Source: Malacoraja senta (Eukaryota). Taken from it: DNA of 64,000 nucleotides. Positions 25,101-36,765 of this stretch are shown in pieces. A model generated the notes under the pieces. That model made no database searches, was not told the DNA's origin, and worked only from the letters and a program-made list of their open reading frames with translations. The position numbers were made by a program, and so were the translations under genes. The stretch spans positions 496,001 to 560,000 of the forward strand of contig CM075988.1 of NCBI GenBank assembly GCA_038087875.1. The letters are read 5' to 3'. How positions within the stretch are numbered: the stretch's first letter is position 1; each line of letters opens with the position of its first letter.

Positions 25101-26121
25101 CCAAAATATAACTTTAGATTCACTAGAGGAAGCGATGAATATTAAAGCAGATTCAAGCAATTTAATATCATACTTATATAATATTATTTTAAATATAGAA
25201 CCTCCATCGACAGAGGCAATTAGAGTAGATTGGGAACAAGAATTACAGTTAAAAATTGCGAAAGGAGCATGGGAAAAATACCTGATATATATACATAAAT
25301 GTTCGATTAATGTAAAACATAATTTAATCCAATTTAAAATTTTACATAGACTATATTACTCGAAAACTAGATTGAATACTTTATCCAAATATCTCACCAA
25401 TATGTGATAAATGCTTATCTGAGAATGCCACTATAACACACTCTTTTGTCTCCTGTATAAAACTTCATAAATTCTGGAATTACATTTTTGAAATTTTTAC
25501 AAAATTATTTAATAGAAGACTGGAACCGAATACATAATTGATTATCTTTGGATCAATGGAAGATGGGAATACGCTAAATATGTATCAAAAATCCTTTCTT
25601 ATTTACGGTTTAATAATGGCAAAAAAACTCAAATTTTGGAAAAATTCGCCATCACCAACGGTGAAAATGTGGATTTAAAATGTCAGAAATGGCATATCTT
25701 GAAGAAATACGACTCCTTCTAGTAGGTAAGGTAGACCTCTTCTTATTGGTATGGTTTCCCTTTATCGACTTTCTACAAGCATATGGTGCAACACAAATCA
25801 TAGAAATATAATGGTTCAGAAACAGGTGAATGGAGGTAGGATTATCAAATAGATATATCGCTTTCAATCTCCTTTCCTTTCCTCTTCTCTTTTTTTTTTT
25901 TTCTTTCTTCTCTTCTTTTTTTCTCCTCATTTTTTTTCTAGGGCTATTTTGCTATCACACGCAACACTTCATCTCAATCTTTCCTTTTGTAATCTTTCAT
26001 TTCTTATTTTGCTTCATTATTAAATTAAAAATAAGAAGTTGTATATGAAATGTAATATGAAATGTAATATAAGTATTAAGTACATTATTGTACTTCTAAA
26101 AAATAAAAAATAAAATAAAAA
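22129..26121 (+). mobile_element. L1-clade LINE, 5'-truncated ORF2 with A-rich tail
   Basis: SLDAEKAFD, GNRQGCALSP, broken YADD, C-terminal CDKC..H..C; 16-bp TSD AAGAAGTTTCAACTTT at 22113-22128 and 26122-26137. Confidence 0.92.
23078..24483 (+). mobile_element. Second L1 3' fragment nested in the first
   Basis: ORF 23247..24023 is paralogous to 24688..25407; own A-rich tail at 24453-24483; host frame MKI|IVLPQILY rejoins; AAAATA duplicated. Confidence 0.88.
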
Positions 26122-26137
26122 AAGAAGTTTCAACTTT

Positions 26138-27481
26138 GAATTAAAAACGACCAGCTTTCACTGATGACGTCACAATGGCTCGGCTTGGAGCCTTCTCACA
26201 CACAGAATCTTCCACGCGCTTCGAGTGACGTCACCCCGTCCCCTCCCCCTGGGTTATTCAACACCCCCCTCCAGGGTTATTCAGTCTCCCCCCAGGGTTA
26301 TTCACCCCCCCGGGTTATTCACACCCCCCATGTTATTCACCCCCCCCGTGTTATTCACCCCCCCCGTGTTATTCACCCCCCCCGTGTTATTCACCCCCCC
26401 AACGGGTTATTCACCACCCCCCCGGATTATTCACACACCCTCCCCCTCTCTATCCCCCCACCTCCCTCTCTAGCCCCTCCCCCACTACCTCCTCCCCCTC
26501 CCTCTCTACCCCCTCCCTCTCTACCCCCTCCCTCTCTACCCCCTCCCTCTCTACCCCCCCCTCTCTACCCCCCTCTCTGCCCACCCTCCCTCTCTGCCCC
26601 CTCCCTCTCTGCCCCCTCCCTCTCGGACCCCCTACCTCTCTGCCCCCTCCCTCTCTGCCCCCCTCCCTCTCTGCCGCTTCCCTCTCTGCCCCCTCCCACT
26701 CTACCCCACTCTACCCCACGGGTCCTGCTTGGTCTAGTACTTATTAAAAGTCTGATCTTGTATGTGTGGATATGTGGTTGTCTTCATATCTTCTCAAAAA
26801 CACTACGAGGTAACGATTACATTTTTTACATATTCCGATTCATACTTTTCCCCTCGAGGGCGAGAGCACATTCACTAAACATTTTATGCTTTATTTCTCA
26901 ATTTATTACTAATTAAAAGTAAGTAAGAAGTTTAAAAATCAAAAGACTTTGCATTTAAAACAACCAGCTTTCATGGATGACCTCACAATGGCTCGGCTAG
27001 CAGTGATCATCTTCACTGAAGATTTCATCCGATGTTTCACGCCGTTCGTGATTAAAGCTTTAAAAATGCCAACTTTCACAAGATTTTTACATATTCTGAT
27101 TCACATTTTCCCCTCTAAGCAGATAACATCATCACTGAACACTTTATGCTTTATTTCTCGACATTACTATCCACGAGTACTTGCTTTACTCAACAGCCAA
27201 AAATCTGTATCCTCCCTTTGATCTGGTATTTTGTTGGGTCACATGCTTGATCAATGGTATTTTATCATTAATGTTTTATTATTATTAATGTTTAGTGTTT
27301 TCTGAGTCATTCGTAACTGTCACTGTATGTCATGTTGTTACTTGTGGGCGAAGCACCAAGGCAAATTCCTTGTATGTGAATACTTGGCCAATAAACTTAC
27401 TTACTTCCTTACTTTACTTAAATTTTAAAATAATCAACAGACTTCAACTGATGACATCACAATGGCTCAGCTAGCAGTGAT
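26138..27481 (+). repeat. Composite repeat region: thrice-repeated TGATGAC(G/C/A)TCACAATGGCTC block, 18-bp minisatellite, C/T tract, possible Helitron end
   Basis: Block at about 26162, 26977 and 27449; GTTATTCACCCCCCCCGT units at 26270-26430; GGGTCCTGCTTGGTCTAGT at 26720-26738. Confidence 0.5.
27175..27420 (+). mobile_element. LINE 3' UTR fragment (Rex1/Babar-like) with an (ACTT)n tail
   Basis: AAATTCCTTGTATG...CCAATAAA followed by (ACTT)n, similar in plan to the other Rex-type tails in the window. Confidence 0.5.
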
Positions 27482-27929
27482 TACGGGAGTATAGTATATT
27501 TATATTTTTTATATTCTTAGTGGTTGTAATACTTGAGATACTTAACTATTATCCTTTATCTATTATCCTTTGTATTTAGCTTTTGCTCTGCATGTTTGGA
27601 TTAGCTTTTCCTTGTTTATATAAGCCATTTGTGCTCTGTTTGCCTTTGTGTGCTTTTGTTTGTTTTTGTAAACCGTGTGTAGGCGATTGGGTTCTTCTCT
27701 CGTAGCTAATTCGGCAATTAGCATAAATCAATTTTGACTGGTATATGACCTCTGTAACAACCCTAGCTGGGATGACCAAGAGATAAGGGGGGGGCCCAAG
27801 ATAAGAGAAATCATGTGGTTTAAATAAGGATGGATTACGGAATGGAAAATAAATGGTGTGGGGGGGGGGGGACTGGATGCAGGTAATTGGTTAATGAAAG
27901 GGAATGGCTGCAAGTGATTGTCTGCAAGA

Positions 27930-30900
27930 GGCCCAGGAGCGGCTGGTGCAGCGTCCGGGCGGTAAGTTTAAAAACCGAGCACGGGGCTTTGTTCCAAAGG
28001 GGCCCAGCAGCGGTTGGAGTGGTTGGATCGGTGGGTGCAGCGTTGCCCACTCTGCAACGTTCCATCACACTTCAAAAGAAGTGGTCTGGAGGAAGCTGCT
28101 GATTGGTGGAAGCGGGCTAGAGGAAGCAGCTGATTGGGAGTAACCGCAGGTTTGTATTTCTGCTTTCTGTTCATACTTTTAGTTAAGGGTTCAGTGAGTT
28201 AAGGGTAAAGTGAGTTAAGGGTTCAGTGCTTTTTAGTAAAGGTACAGTTTAAAGGATTAAGATTTTTATAGCATGAGTGAGTTGATTTAATTTGGGAGTA
28301 AGCCATGTCAGTTGAGATCGGCCCCATGGTTTGCTCATCCTGCAACATGTGGGAGATCAGGGATATGGTCGGTGACCCTGGTGACTATGTTTGCAGGAAG
28401 TGTGTCCAGTTGCAGCTCCTGGCAGACCGCATTGAACGATTGGAGCTGCGGTTGGATTCATACTGGAGCATCCACGATGCTGAGAAAGTCATAAATAGCA
28501 CGTACAGTGAGTTGGTCACACCGCAGGTAAAAGTTAAGCGGACAGAAAGGGAACGGATGGCCATTAGCCAGCGTAGCAGTAGGCAGGTAGTGCAGGAGTC
28601 CCCTGCGGTCATCTCCCTCCAAAACAGATATACCATTTTGGAAACTGTTGGGGGAGATGGCTTATCAGGGGAAGGCAGCAGCAGCTAAGTTCATGGCACC
28701 GTGGGTGGCTCTGCAGCACAGGAGGGGAGGAAAAAGAGTGGAAGGGCTATAGTAATAGGGGATTAAATTGTAAGGGGAATAAATAGGCATTTCTGCGGCT
28801 GCAAACGAGACTCCAGGATGGTATGTTGCCTCCCTGGTGCAAGGGTCAGGGATGTCTCTGAGCGGCTGCAGAACATTCTGGAGGTGGAGGGTGAAGAGTC
28901 AGTTGTCGTGGTGCACATTGGCACCAACGATATAGGTAAAAAACAGGATGAGGTCCTACAAGGTGAATTTAGGGAGCTATGAGATAAACTTAAAAGTAGG
29001 ACCTCAAAGGTAATAATCTCTGGATTACTACCAGTGCCAAGTGTTAGTCAGAGTAGAAATAGGAAGATATTTCAGATGAATAGGTGGCTTGAAAAATGGT
29101 GCAAGGGGGAGGGATTCAATTTTCTAGGGCATTGGAACCAGTTCTGGGGGAGGTGGGACAAGTACAAACAGGACGGTCTGCACCTGGGCTGGAATGGAAC
29201 CAATGTCCTTGGGGGAGTATTTGCTAGTGCTGTCTGGGAGGATTTAAACTAATGTGGCAGGGGGATGGGAGCATGAGCAGAGGGACACAGGGGTGTAAAA
29301 TGAGGGTAGAAGCAATAGGTAGCAAGGTGAAAAGTAAAAGTGGCAGGCAGACAAATCCAGGGCAAAAATCTAAAAGGGCCACTTTTCAACATATTTGTAT
29401 AAGCGGTAAGAGTGTTGTAAAAACAAGCCTGAAGGCTTTGTGTCTCAATCCAAGGAGCATTCGTAATAAGGTGGATGAGTTGAATGTGCAGATAGCTATT
29501 AATGACTATGATATAGTTGGGATCACGGAGACATGGCTCCAGGGTGACCAAGGCTGGGAGCTGAAGTTCCAGGGATATTCAATATTCAGGAGGGATAGAC
29601 AGAAAGGAAAAGGAGGTGGGGTAGCGTTGCTGGTTAGAGAGGAGATTAACGCAATAGAAAGGAAGGACATTAGCTTGGAGGATGTGAAATCGATATGGGT
29701 AGAGCTGCGAAACACTAAGGGGCAGAAAACGCTAGTGGGAGTTGTGTACAGACCACCTAACAGTAGTAGTGGAGTTGGGGCATGCAACAAAGGTAAAACA
29801 GTTATAATGGGTGACTTCAATCTACATATAGATTGGGTGAATCAAATTGGCAGTGGTGCTAAGGAAGAGGATTTCTTGGAATGTATGCGGGATAGTTTTC
29901 TAAACCAACATGTAGAGGAACCAACGAGAGAGCAGGCTATTCTAGACTGGGTATTGAGTAATGAGGAAGGGTTAGTTAGCAGTCTTGTTGTGCGTGGCCC
30001 CTTGGGGAAGTGTGGCCATAATATGGTTGAGTTCTTCATTAGGATGGAGAGTGACAGTTAATTCAGAAACAAAGGTTCTGAACTTAAAGAAAGGTAACTT
30101 TGAGGGCATGAGACTTGAATTGGCCAAGATAGACTGGCAATTGATTCTTAAAGGGTTGATGGTGGATATGCAATGGAAGGCATTTAAAGACCACATGGAT
30201 GAACTACAACAAATGTTCATCCCAGTTTGGTAAAATAATAAATCAGGGAAGGTAGTGCATCCGTGGATAACAAGGGAAATCAGGGATAGTATCAAAACGA
30301 AAGATGAAGCATACCAATTAGCCAGAAAAAGCAGCATACCAGAGGACTGGGAGAAATTCAGAGTCCTGCAGAGGAGGACAAAGGGCTTAATTAGGAAAGG
30401 GAATATAGATTATTAAAGAAAACTGGCAGGGAACATAAATAAAACTGACTGCAAAAGCGTTTATAGATATGTGAAGAGAAAACGATTAGTTAAAACAAAT
30501 GTAAGTCCCTTGCAGTCAGAAACAGGTGAATTGATCATGGGAAACAAGGACATGGCAGACCAATTGAATAACTACTTTGGTTCTGTCTTCACTAAGGAAG
30601 ACATAAATAATCTGCCGGAAATAGCAGGGGACCGGGGGTCAAATGAGATGGAGGAACTGAGTGAAATCCAGGTTAGTCGGGAAGTGGTGTTAGGTAAATT
30701 GAATGGATTAAAGGCCGATAAATCCCCAGGGCCAGAGAGGCTGCATCCCAGTGTGCTTAATGAAGTAGCCCAAGAAATAGTGGATGCATTAGTGATAATT
30801 TTTCAAAACTCTTTAGATTCTGGAGTCGTTCCTGAGGATTGGAGGTTAGCTAATCTAACCCCACTTTTTAAAAAGTGAGGGAGAGAGAAAACAGGGAATT

Positions 30901-32310
30901 ACAGACCAGTTAGTCTAACATCGGCAGTGGGGAAAATGCTAGAGTCAGTTATTAAAGATGGGATAGCAGCACATTTCGAAAGAGGTGAAATCATTGGACA
31001 AAGTCAGCATGGATCTATGAAAGGTAAATCATGGCTGACGAATCTTATACAATTTTTCGAGGATGTAACTAGTAGAGTGGATAAGGGAGAACCAGTGGAT
31101 GTGTTATATCTGGACTTTCAGAAGGCTTTCGACAAGGTCCCACATAAGAGATTAGTATGCAAACTTAAAGCACACGTTATTGGGGGTTCAGTATTGATGT
31201 GGATAGAGAACTGGCTGGCAGACAGGAAGCAAAGAGTAGGAGTAAATGGGTCCTTTTCAGAATGGCAGGCAGTGACTAGTGGGGTATCGCAAGGCTCAGT
31301 GCTGGGACCCCAACTATTTACAATATATATTAATGATTTGGACTAGGGAATTGAATGCAACATTTTCAAGTTTGCGGATGACACAAAGCTGGGGGGCAGT
31401 GTTAGCTGTGAGGAGGGTGCTAGGAGGCTGCAATGTGACTTGGATAGGTTGGGTGAGTGGGCAAATGCATGGCAGATGCAGTCTAATGTGGATAAATGTG
31501 AGGTTATCCACTTTGATGGCAAGAACAGGAAAGTAGACTATTATCTGAATGGTGGCCGATTAGGAAAAGGGGAGATGCAACGAGACCTGGGTGTCATGGT
31601 ACACCAGTCATTGAAAGTAGGCATGCAGATGCAGCAGGCAGTGAAGAAAGCAAATGGTATGTTAGCATTCATAGCAAAAGGATTTGAGTATAAGAGCAGG
31701 GCGGTTCTACTGCAGTTGTACAGGGTCTTGGTGAGACCACACCTGGTGTATTGCGTACAGTTTTGGTCTCCTATTCTGAGGAAAGACATTCTTGCCATAG
31801 AGGGAGTACAGAGCAGGTTCACCAGACTGATTCCTGGGATGGCAGGAATTTCATATGAAGAAAGACTGGATAGACTCGGCTTGTACTCGCTAGAATTTAG
31901 AAGATTGAGTGGGGATCTTATAGAAACTTACAAAATTCTTAAGGGGTTGGACAGGCTAGATGCAGGAAGATTATTCCCGATGTTGGGGAAGTCCAGAACA
32001 AGGGGTCACAGTTTAAGGATAAGGGGGAAATCTTTTAGGACCGAGATGAGGAAAATCATTTTTTACACAGAGAGTAGTGAATCTGTGGAATTCTCTGCCA
32101 CAGGAGGTAGTTGAGGCCAGTTAATTGGCTATATTTAAGAGGGAGTTAGATGTGGCCCTTGTGGCTAAAGGGATCAGGGGGTATGGAGAGAAGGCTGGTA
32201 CAGGATACTGAGTTGGATGATCAGCCATGATCATATTGAATGGCGGTGCAAGCTCGAAGGGCCAAATGGCCTACTCCTGCACCTATTTTCTATGTTTCTA
32301 TGTTTCTATG
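27930..32310 (+). mobile_element. Essentially full-length CR1 LINE (family B): 5' UTR, ORF1, ORF2, tail; inactivated
   Basis: ORF1 28305..29251 (CxxC...CxxC zinc finger, VVHIGTND, DGLHL esterase motifs); ORF2 29252..~32210 (EN plus RT) with stops; (TTTCTATG)n tail. 5' boundary approximate. Confidence 0.92.
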
Positions 32311-32502
32311 ATCGGATTTGGAAATGTACCGGGGGTGTGACATACACAGTTAAACATGCTATAAAAAGAAGCAACTCTTTGTCTGAAGTGGGCGTTCAAG
32401 CGATTTACTCTTTGAGTGTCCCAGCAAATAAAGGTTTGAACTTCTTGAAGGATTCTCCACATCGCCGGACTTAAATTTGAGTACCAGTTACCACAACAAA
32501 AC

Positions 32503-32520
32503 TGGCGCCGCGAGCAGGTT
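32503..32520 (+). promoter_or_regulatory. ERV2 primer-binding site, tRNA-Ser-like
   Basis: TGGCGCCGCGAGCAGGTT resembles the complement of a vertebrate tRNA-Ser(UGA) 3' end (TGGCGCAGCGAGCAGGGT, recalled, not searched). Confidence 0.7.
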
Positions 32521-35059
32521 TGGAAGGAGGCCCATTTGGTAAAGAGGAAGGGTGCTTCCCAGCCCCTCAGGGGCTCCCGAGAACAACAGGACAACGATAG
32601 CCACCCGCAAAAAGATAGGCGGTTTTCTGCTTAATTTGGTCTAATAACCTGTTGTAAACGGGAAGCCACTGGGGACACAGAAGTGTCTAGGCAGTCAGAG
32701 ATCCTCTCTGATCCAAAGAATCTGTCACAAAATTATTCTAAGAGGAGACCCGGAGGATAACTCGAGAAGACGGCGCAGTAGGGTAAGTAGAATAAAATGT
32801 ATCTAAGAAAGTAGATTCTGTGTGATGTGAATGGGACCTTGTGGATACCACCATAAGAAGAGTAAGTGGACTGAATGGGCAGGATAATACTAGACACCTT
32901 GTGGATACTGCTCTAAGAAGAGAAAGTGGACTGAACGGACAAGGCATTCTGTGGTACTGCACTTAGAAGAGTAAGGGGTCTCTACGGGCAGGATAAGACA
33001 TTCTGTGGATACCGCCCTAGGTAGATAGGGGTCTGTACGGGCAGAACAGGTAAAGTCAGGGAGAATAGGGACTAATTAGGTAACATAAAATTGCAAATTG
33101 TTAAGGGCCAAGGAAAGCACTGATAAGAAGAGTTCAGAAAACAAGCAATTAGTAGTTAAGAATAAACCTAGTATTGTTAATTTCTCTGGAGACCCCTTGT
33201 CTGGCATGGCGACCTGTTTATAGAAGAGGGGGTAGTTGGAACAAATTTGGTGGGGAATGAGGAACAAAGTCGGGAATAGTCGAGACCACCTCCCCCATAT
33301 AAGGACCCGTGGGGGAAGGGAAAGGGGGGAGGCTCTAGCACCCCTACAGGGAAGGGCACCCCCAGACGAAAATGATACTGATAGCGACTTGGAGACTGAA
33401 AAGGCAGATGAGAAAGAAGAAGGGAAAGGGGTGAGGCAGAAGAGGAAGAAGGAGGAGCAGTATTGAACCCAACAGTAAGACAACGATAGCCATACTGCAA
33501 GCCTCAGTCCTCCCACTCCACCTGGCCATTATTAAGTGCAATGCCTATATGAGTGGCCCGACAAAGCAGTCTCCCAGGGGAATGCCCTAAATGACTGTGC
33601 TGCCTGCATGGCAGCTTGTAAATTCTTTACACTGGTCCCCACAGAACCAAAGATTCTAGTAAACAGACAAAGGGAGGGTTAGGAATTACAAGGGGACTCT
33701 TTTGTATATGAGAAAAAACTATGGAAACGAGATGGCTGTGCCATGATGCTTTGATGGGCCTCTGGCGCACTGCTCTCAGATAAAATTTGTGTATGTTGGA
33801 AAGGAGAAAGGGAACATGGTATGTGTGGAATGTAGCTTACACTTTGAAGCTATTATGAAATAAGCAGTGTCTAAGGGTGGGGGGGGGGTATCAATAACGG
33901 AGGGAGGGAGAAGGTCGAGAGGGATATAGGAATGTCTAAATGTGTGTCTTGGATCATGACTGTTCTTCAGTATGTGTAGAATTTATGAACAATGTATGAA
34001 GGTATTTGGGTGTATCAAAGTATTAAGAGGTGCATGATTTCTTTGAAGTGAGAATGAGAAGACTGTTACTTGTTTGTGGAACCAGTTTTGGATGAATGCT
34101 GATTTAATCCTACACTTCAGATGAAATAGGATATCATTGAATGAGCTTGCTCTTTTACGTGATAAATCTTTGTAGAGTCTCATGTATTTTAAGAGGCAGT
34201 GTGTGTCTCTTTAAGAAAGTGCAATTGTATGGGGGCAGAGCCACACACAGTTAATTAATTTTCCTTTGTAAATGTGTTTGCAATCTATGAAAATTAACTG
34301 TTCATTCTTTATTTTCTCTTAACTTTCAACGGGAGAGATGAAAAAATGTAGGTTGTTTTGTCTTATGTTTAAATGTGTTTTCTTCCTATTTCTTATCTTT
34401 TGAATTGAGCTCAAAAGGAGACTTGGATGCCACACTGGCCATGTGTTAGATGAGATTTATGAGCTATGTTAGATGAGCCAATATATCAAAACAAAAAATG
34501 TTAATTTGGGAAATTGTTATTATTATATATTTATACTAGGAATTTGAAATTGTGAATATTGGGGAGATGAATTGGAACAATTTAAAATAATTTAATTGCT
34601 ATTGCATTGATTGCTGGAATGCATGACCAGATTTTTTGGCTTTGAATTGGTTGTTTTCAGACAATCTTTCTAATCAAATAGTTCAATCAGATAAGAGAGG
34701 CCTGAAAGGGGAACTAACTGATAACAGGATAGCCACTGACATGGCACAGATAAACAACATGTTAGGACTGGACTGTTGCATTTTGGGACATTACCTAATG
34801 CCCCTGATATTCTGCATATGTGACTATTTTTGTAAAAAAGACCCCAGGAATTTTGTTAATTAGAATGGTATTTTGGGAGAACTGTAACATCTCCAGCCAC
34901 TCCCGTTTGACATAAAAAGTCAAAGATTGTATGGCTTACCTTAACTCATAGTATTTTGTCTGTTGTTTAAGATGCAAATATTATCATTTGGCAAGCCAGG
35001 TGGGATTTCGCTGGGACCATCAACCAATGACTGAGAAAGTGGCCGCAGGTTCACCAGGA

Positions 35060-36765
35060 TCAGATGGGGAGATCCATTCTAAATGGTCTACTCTTTATTC
35101 TTAAACTGTGGCCCCTGGTTCTGGACTCCCCCAACATCGGGAACATGTTTCCTGCCTCTAGTGTGTCCAATCCCTTAATAATCTTATATGTTTCAAGAAG
35201 ATTCCCTCTCATCCTTCTAAATTCCAGAGTATACAAGCCCAGCCGCTCCATTCTATCAACATATGACAGTCCCGCCATCCCGGGAATTAACCTGGTGAAC
35301 CTAGGCTGCACTCCCTCAATAGCAAGAACGTCCTTCCTCAAATTTGGAGACCAAAACTGCGCACAATACTCCAGGTGCAGTCTCACTAGGGCCCTGTACA
35401 CCTGCAGAAGGACCTCTTTGCTCCTATACTCAACTCCTCTTGTTATGAAGGCCAACATGCCATTAGCTTTCTTCACTGCCTGTTGTATCTGCATGCTTAC
35501 TTTCAGTGACTGATGAACAAGGACATCAAGATCTCGTTGTACTTCTCCTTTTCCTAACGACACCATTCAGATAATAATCTGCCTTCCTGTTTTTGCCAGC
35601 AAAGTGGAAAACCTCACAGTTATCCACATTATACTGCATCTGCCATGTATCTGCCCACTCACCCAACCTGTCCAAGTCACCTTGCATCCTCATAGCACCC
35701 TCCTCACAGTTCACACTGCCATCCAGATTTGTGTCTGCAAATTTGCTAATGTTACTATTAATCCCTTCATCTAAATAATTGATGTATATTGTAAATAGCT
35801 GCGGTGCCAGCACCAAGCCTTGCTGTACCCCATTAGTGACTGACTGCCATTCTGAAAGGGACCTGTTAATCCCTACTCTATGTTTACTGTCTGCCAACCA
35901 ATTTTCTATCCATGTCAGTACCCTATGCCAATACAATGTGCTCTAAAACTTTCCACTAATCTCCTATGTGGGACCTTATCAAATGCTTTCTGAAAGTCCA
36001 GGTACACTACATCCACTGGCTTTCCCTTGTCCATTTTCCTAGTTACATCCTCAAAAAATTCCAGAAGATTAGTCAAGCATGATTTCCCCTTCGTAAATCT
36101 ATGCTGAATAGGACCGATCCTATTACTACTATCCAAATGTGCGGTTGTTTCATCTTTTATAATTGACTCCAGCATCTTCCCCACCACCGATGTCAGGCTA
36201 ACTGGTCTATAATTCCCTGTTTTCTCACTCCCACCTTTCTTAAAAAGTGGGATAAGATTAGCTACCCTCCAATCTACAGAAACTGATCCTGAATCAAGAG
36301 AACATAGGAAAATGATCACCAATGCGTCCACGATTTCTAGAGCCACTTCTTTAAGTACCCTGGGATGCAAACCATCAGGCCCTGGGAATTCATCCGTCCC
36401 ATCAGTCTACCCAAAACCATTTCCTGCCTAATGTGAATTTCCTTCAGTTCCTCCGTCACCCTCGATCCTCTGGCCACTAGTACATCAGGGAAATGGTTTG
36501 TGTCTTCCTTAATGAAGACTGATCCAAAATACTTTTTCAACTCGTCTGCCATTTCCTTTTTCCCCATAATAAATTCACCTGTTTCAGTCTTCAAGAGTCC
36601 AACTTTGGTCTTAACTATTTTTTTCCTCTTCACATACGTAAAGAAGCTTCTACTATTCTCCTTTATATTCTTGGCTAGCTTAGCTGCATACCTCATCTTT
36701 TCTCCCCTTATTGCCTTTTTAGTTATCTTCTACTGCTCTTTAAAAGTCTCCCAATCCTCAGGCTT
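35060..36765 (-). mobile_element. CR1 LINE (family D) ORF2 fragment truncated at both ends
   Basis: Frameshifted RT ORFs 36337..36696, 35915..36370, 35526..35936 and 35060..35566; no tail. Confidence 0.88.

Larger units (their letters stand above)
27752..35059 (+). mobile_element. Second deleted ERV (ERV2): 5' LTR split by CR1, internal remnant, no 3' LTR seen
   Basis: TATAAAA 32360, AATAAA 32427, LTR end ..CA near 32498, PBS 32503-32520, leader repeats 32840-33045, PPPPY 33286-33300, RNase H remnant 33487-33620. Left boundary uncertain (27478-27752). Confidence 0.7.

Noticed and set aside
26164..26916. 250-aa proline-rich ORF (formin/extensin-like)
   Set aside because: It is the translation of an 18-bp minisatellite and a C/T tract; there is no domain or splice support.
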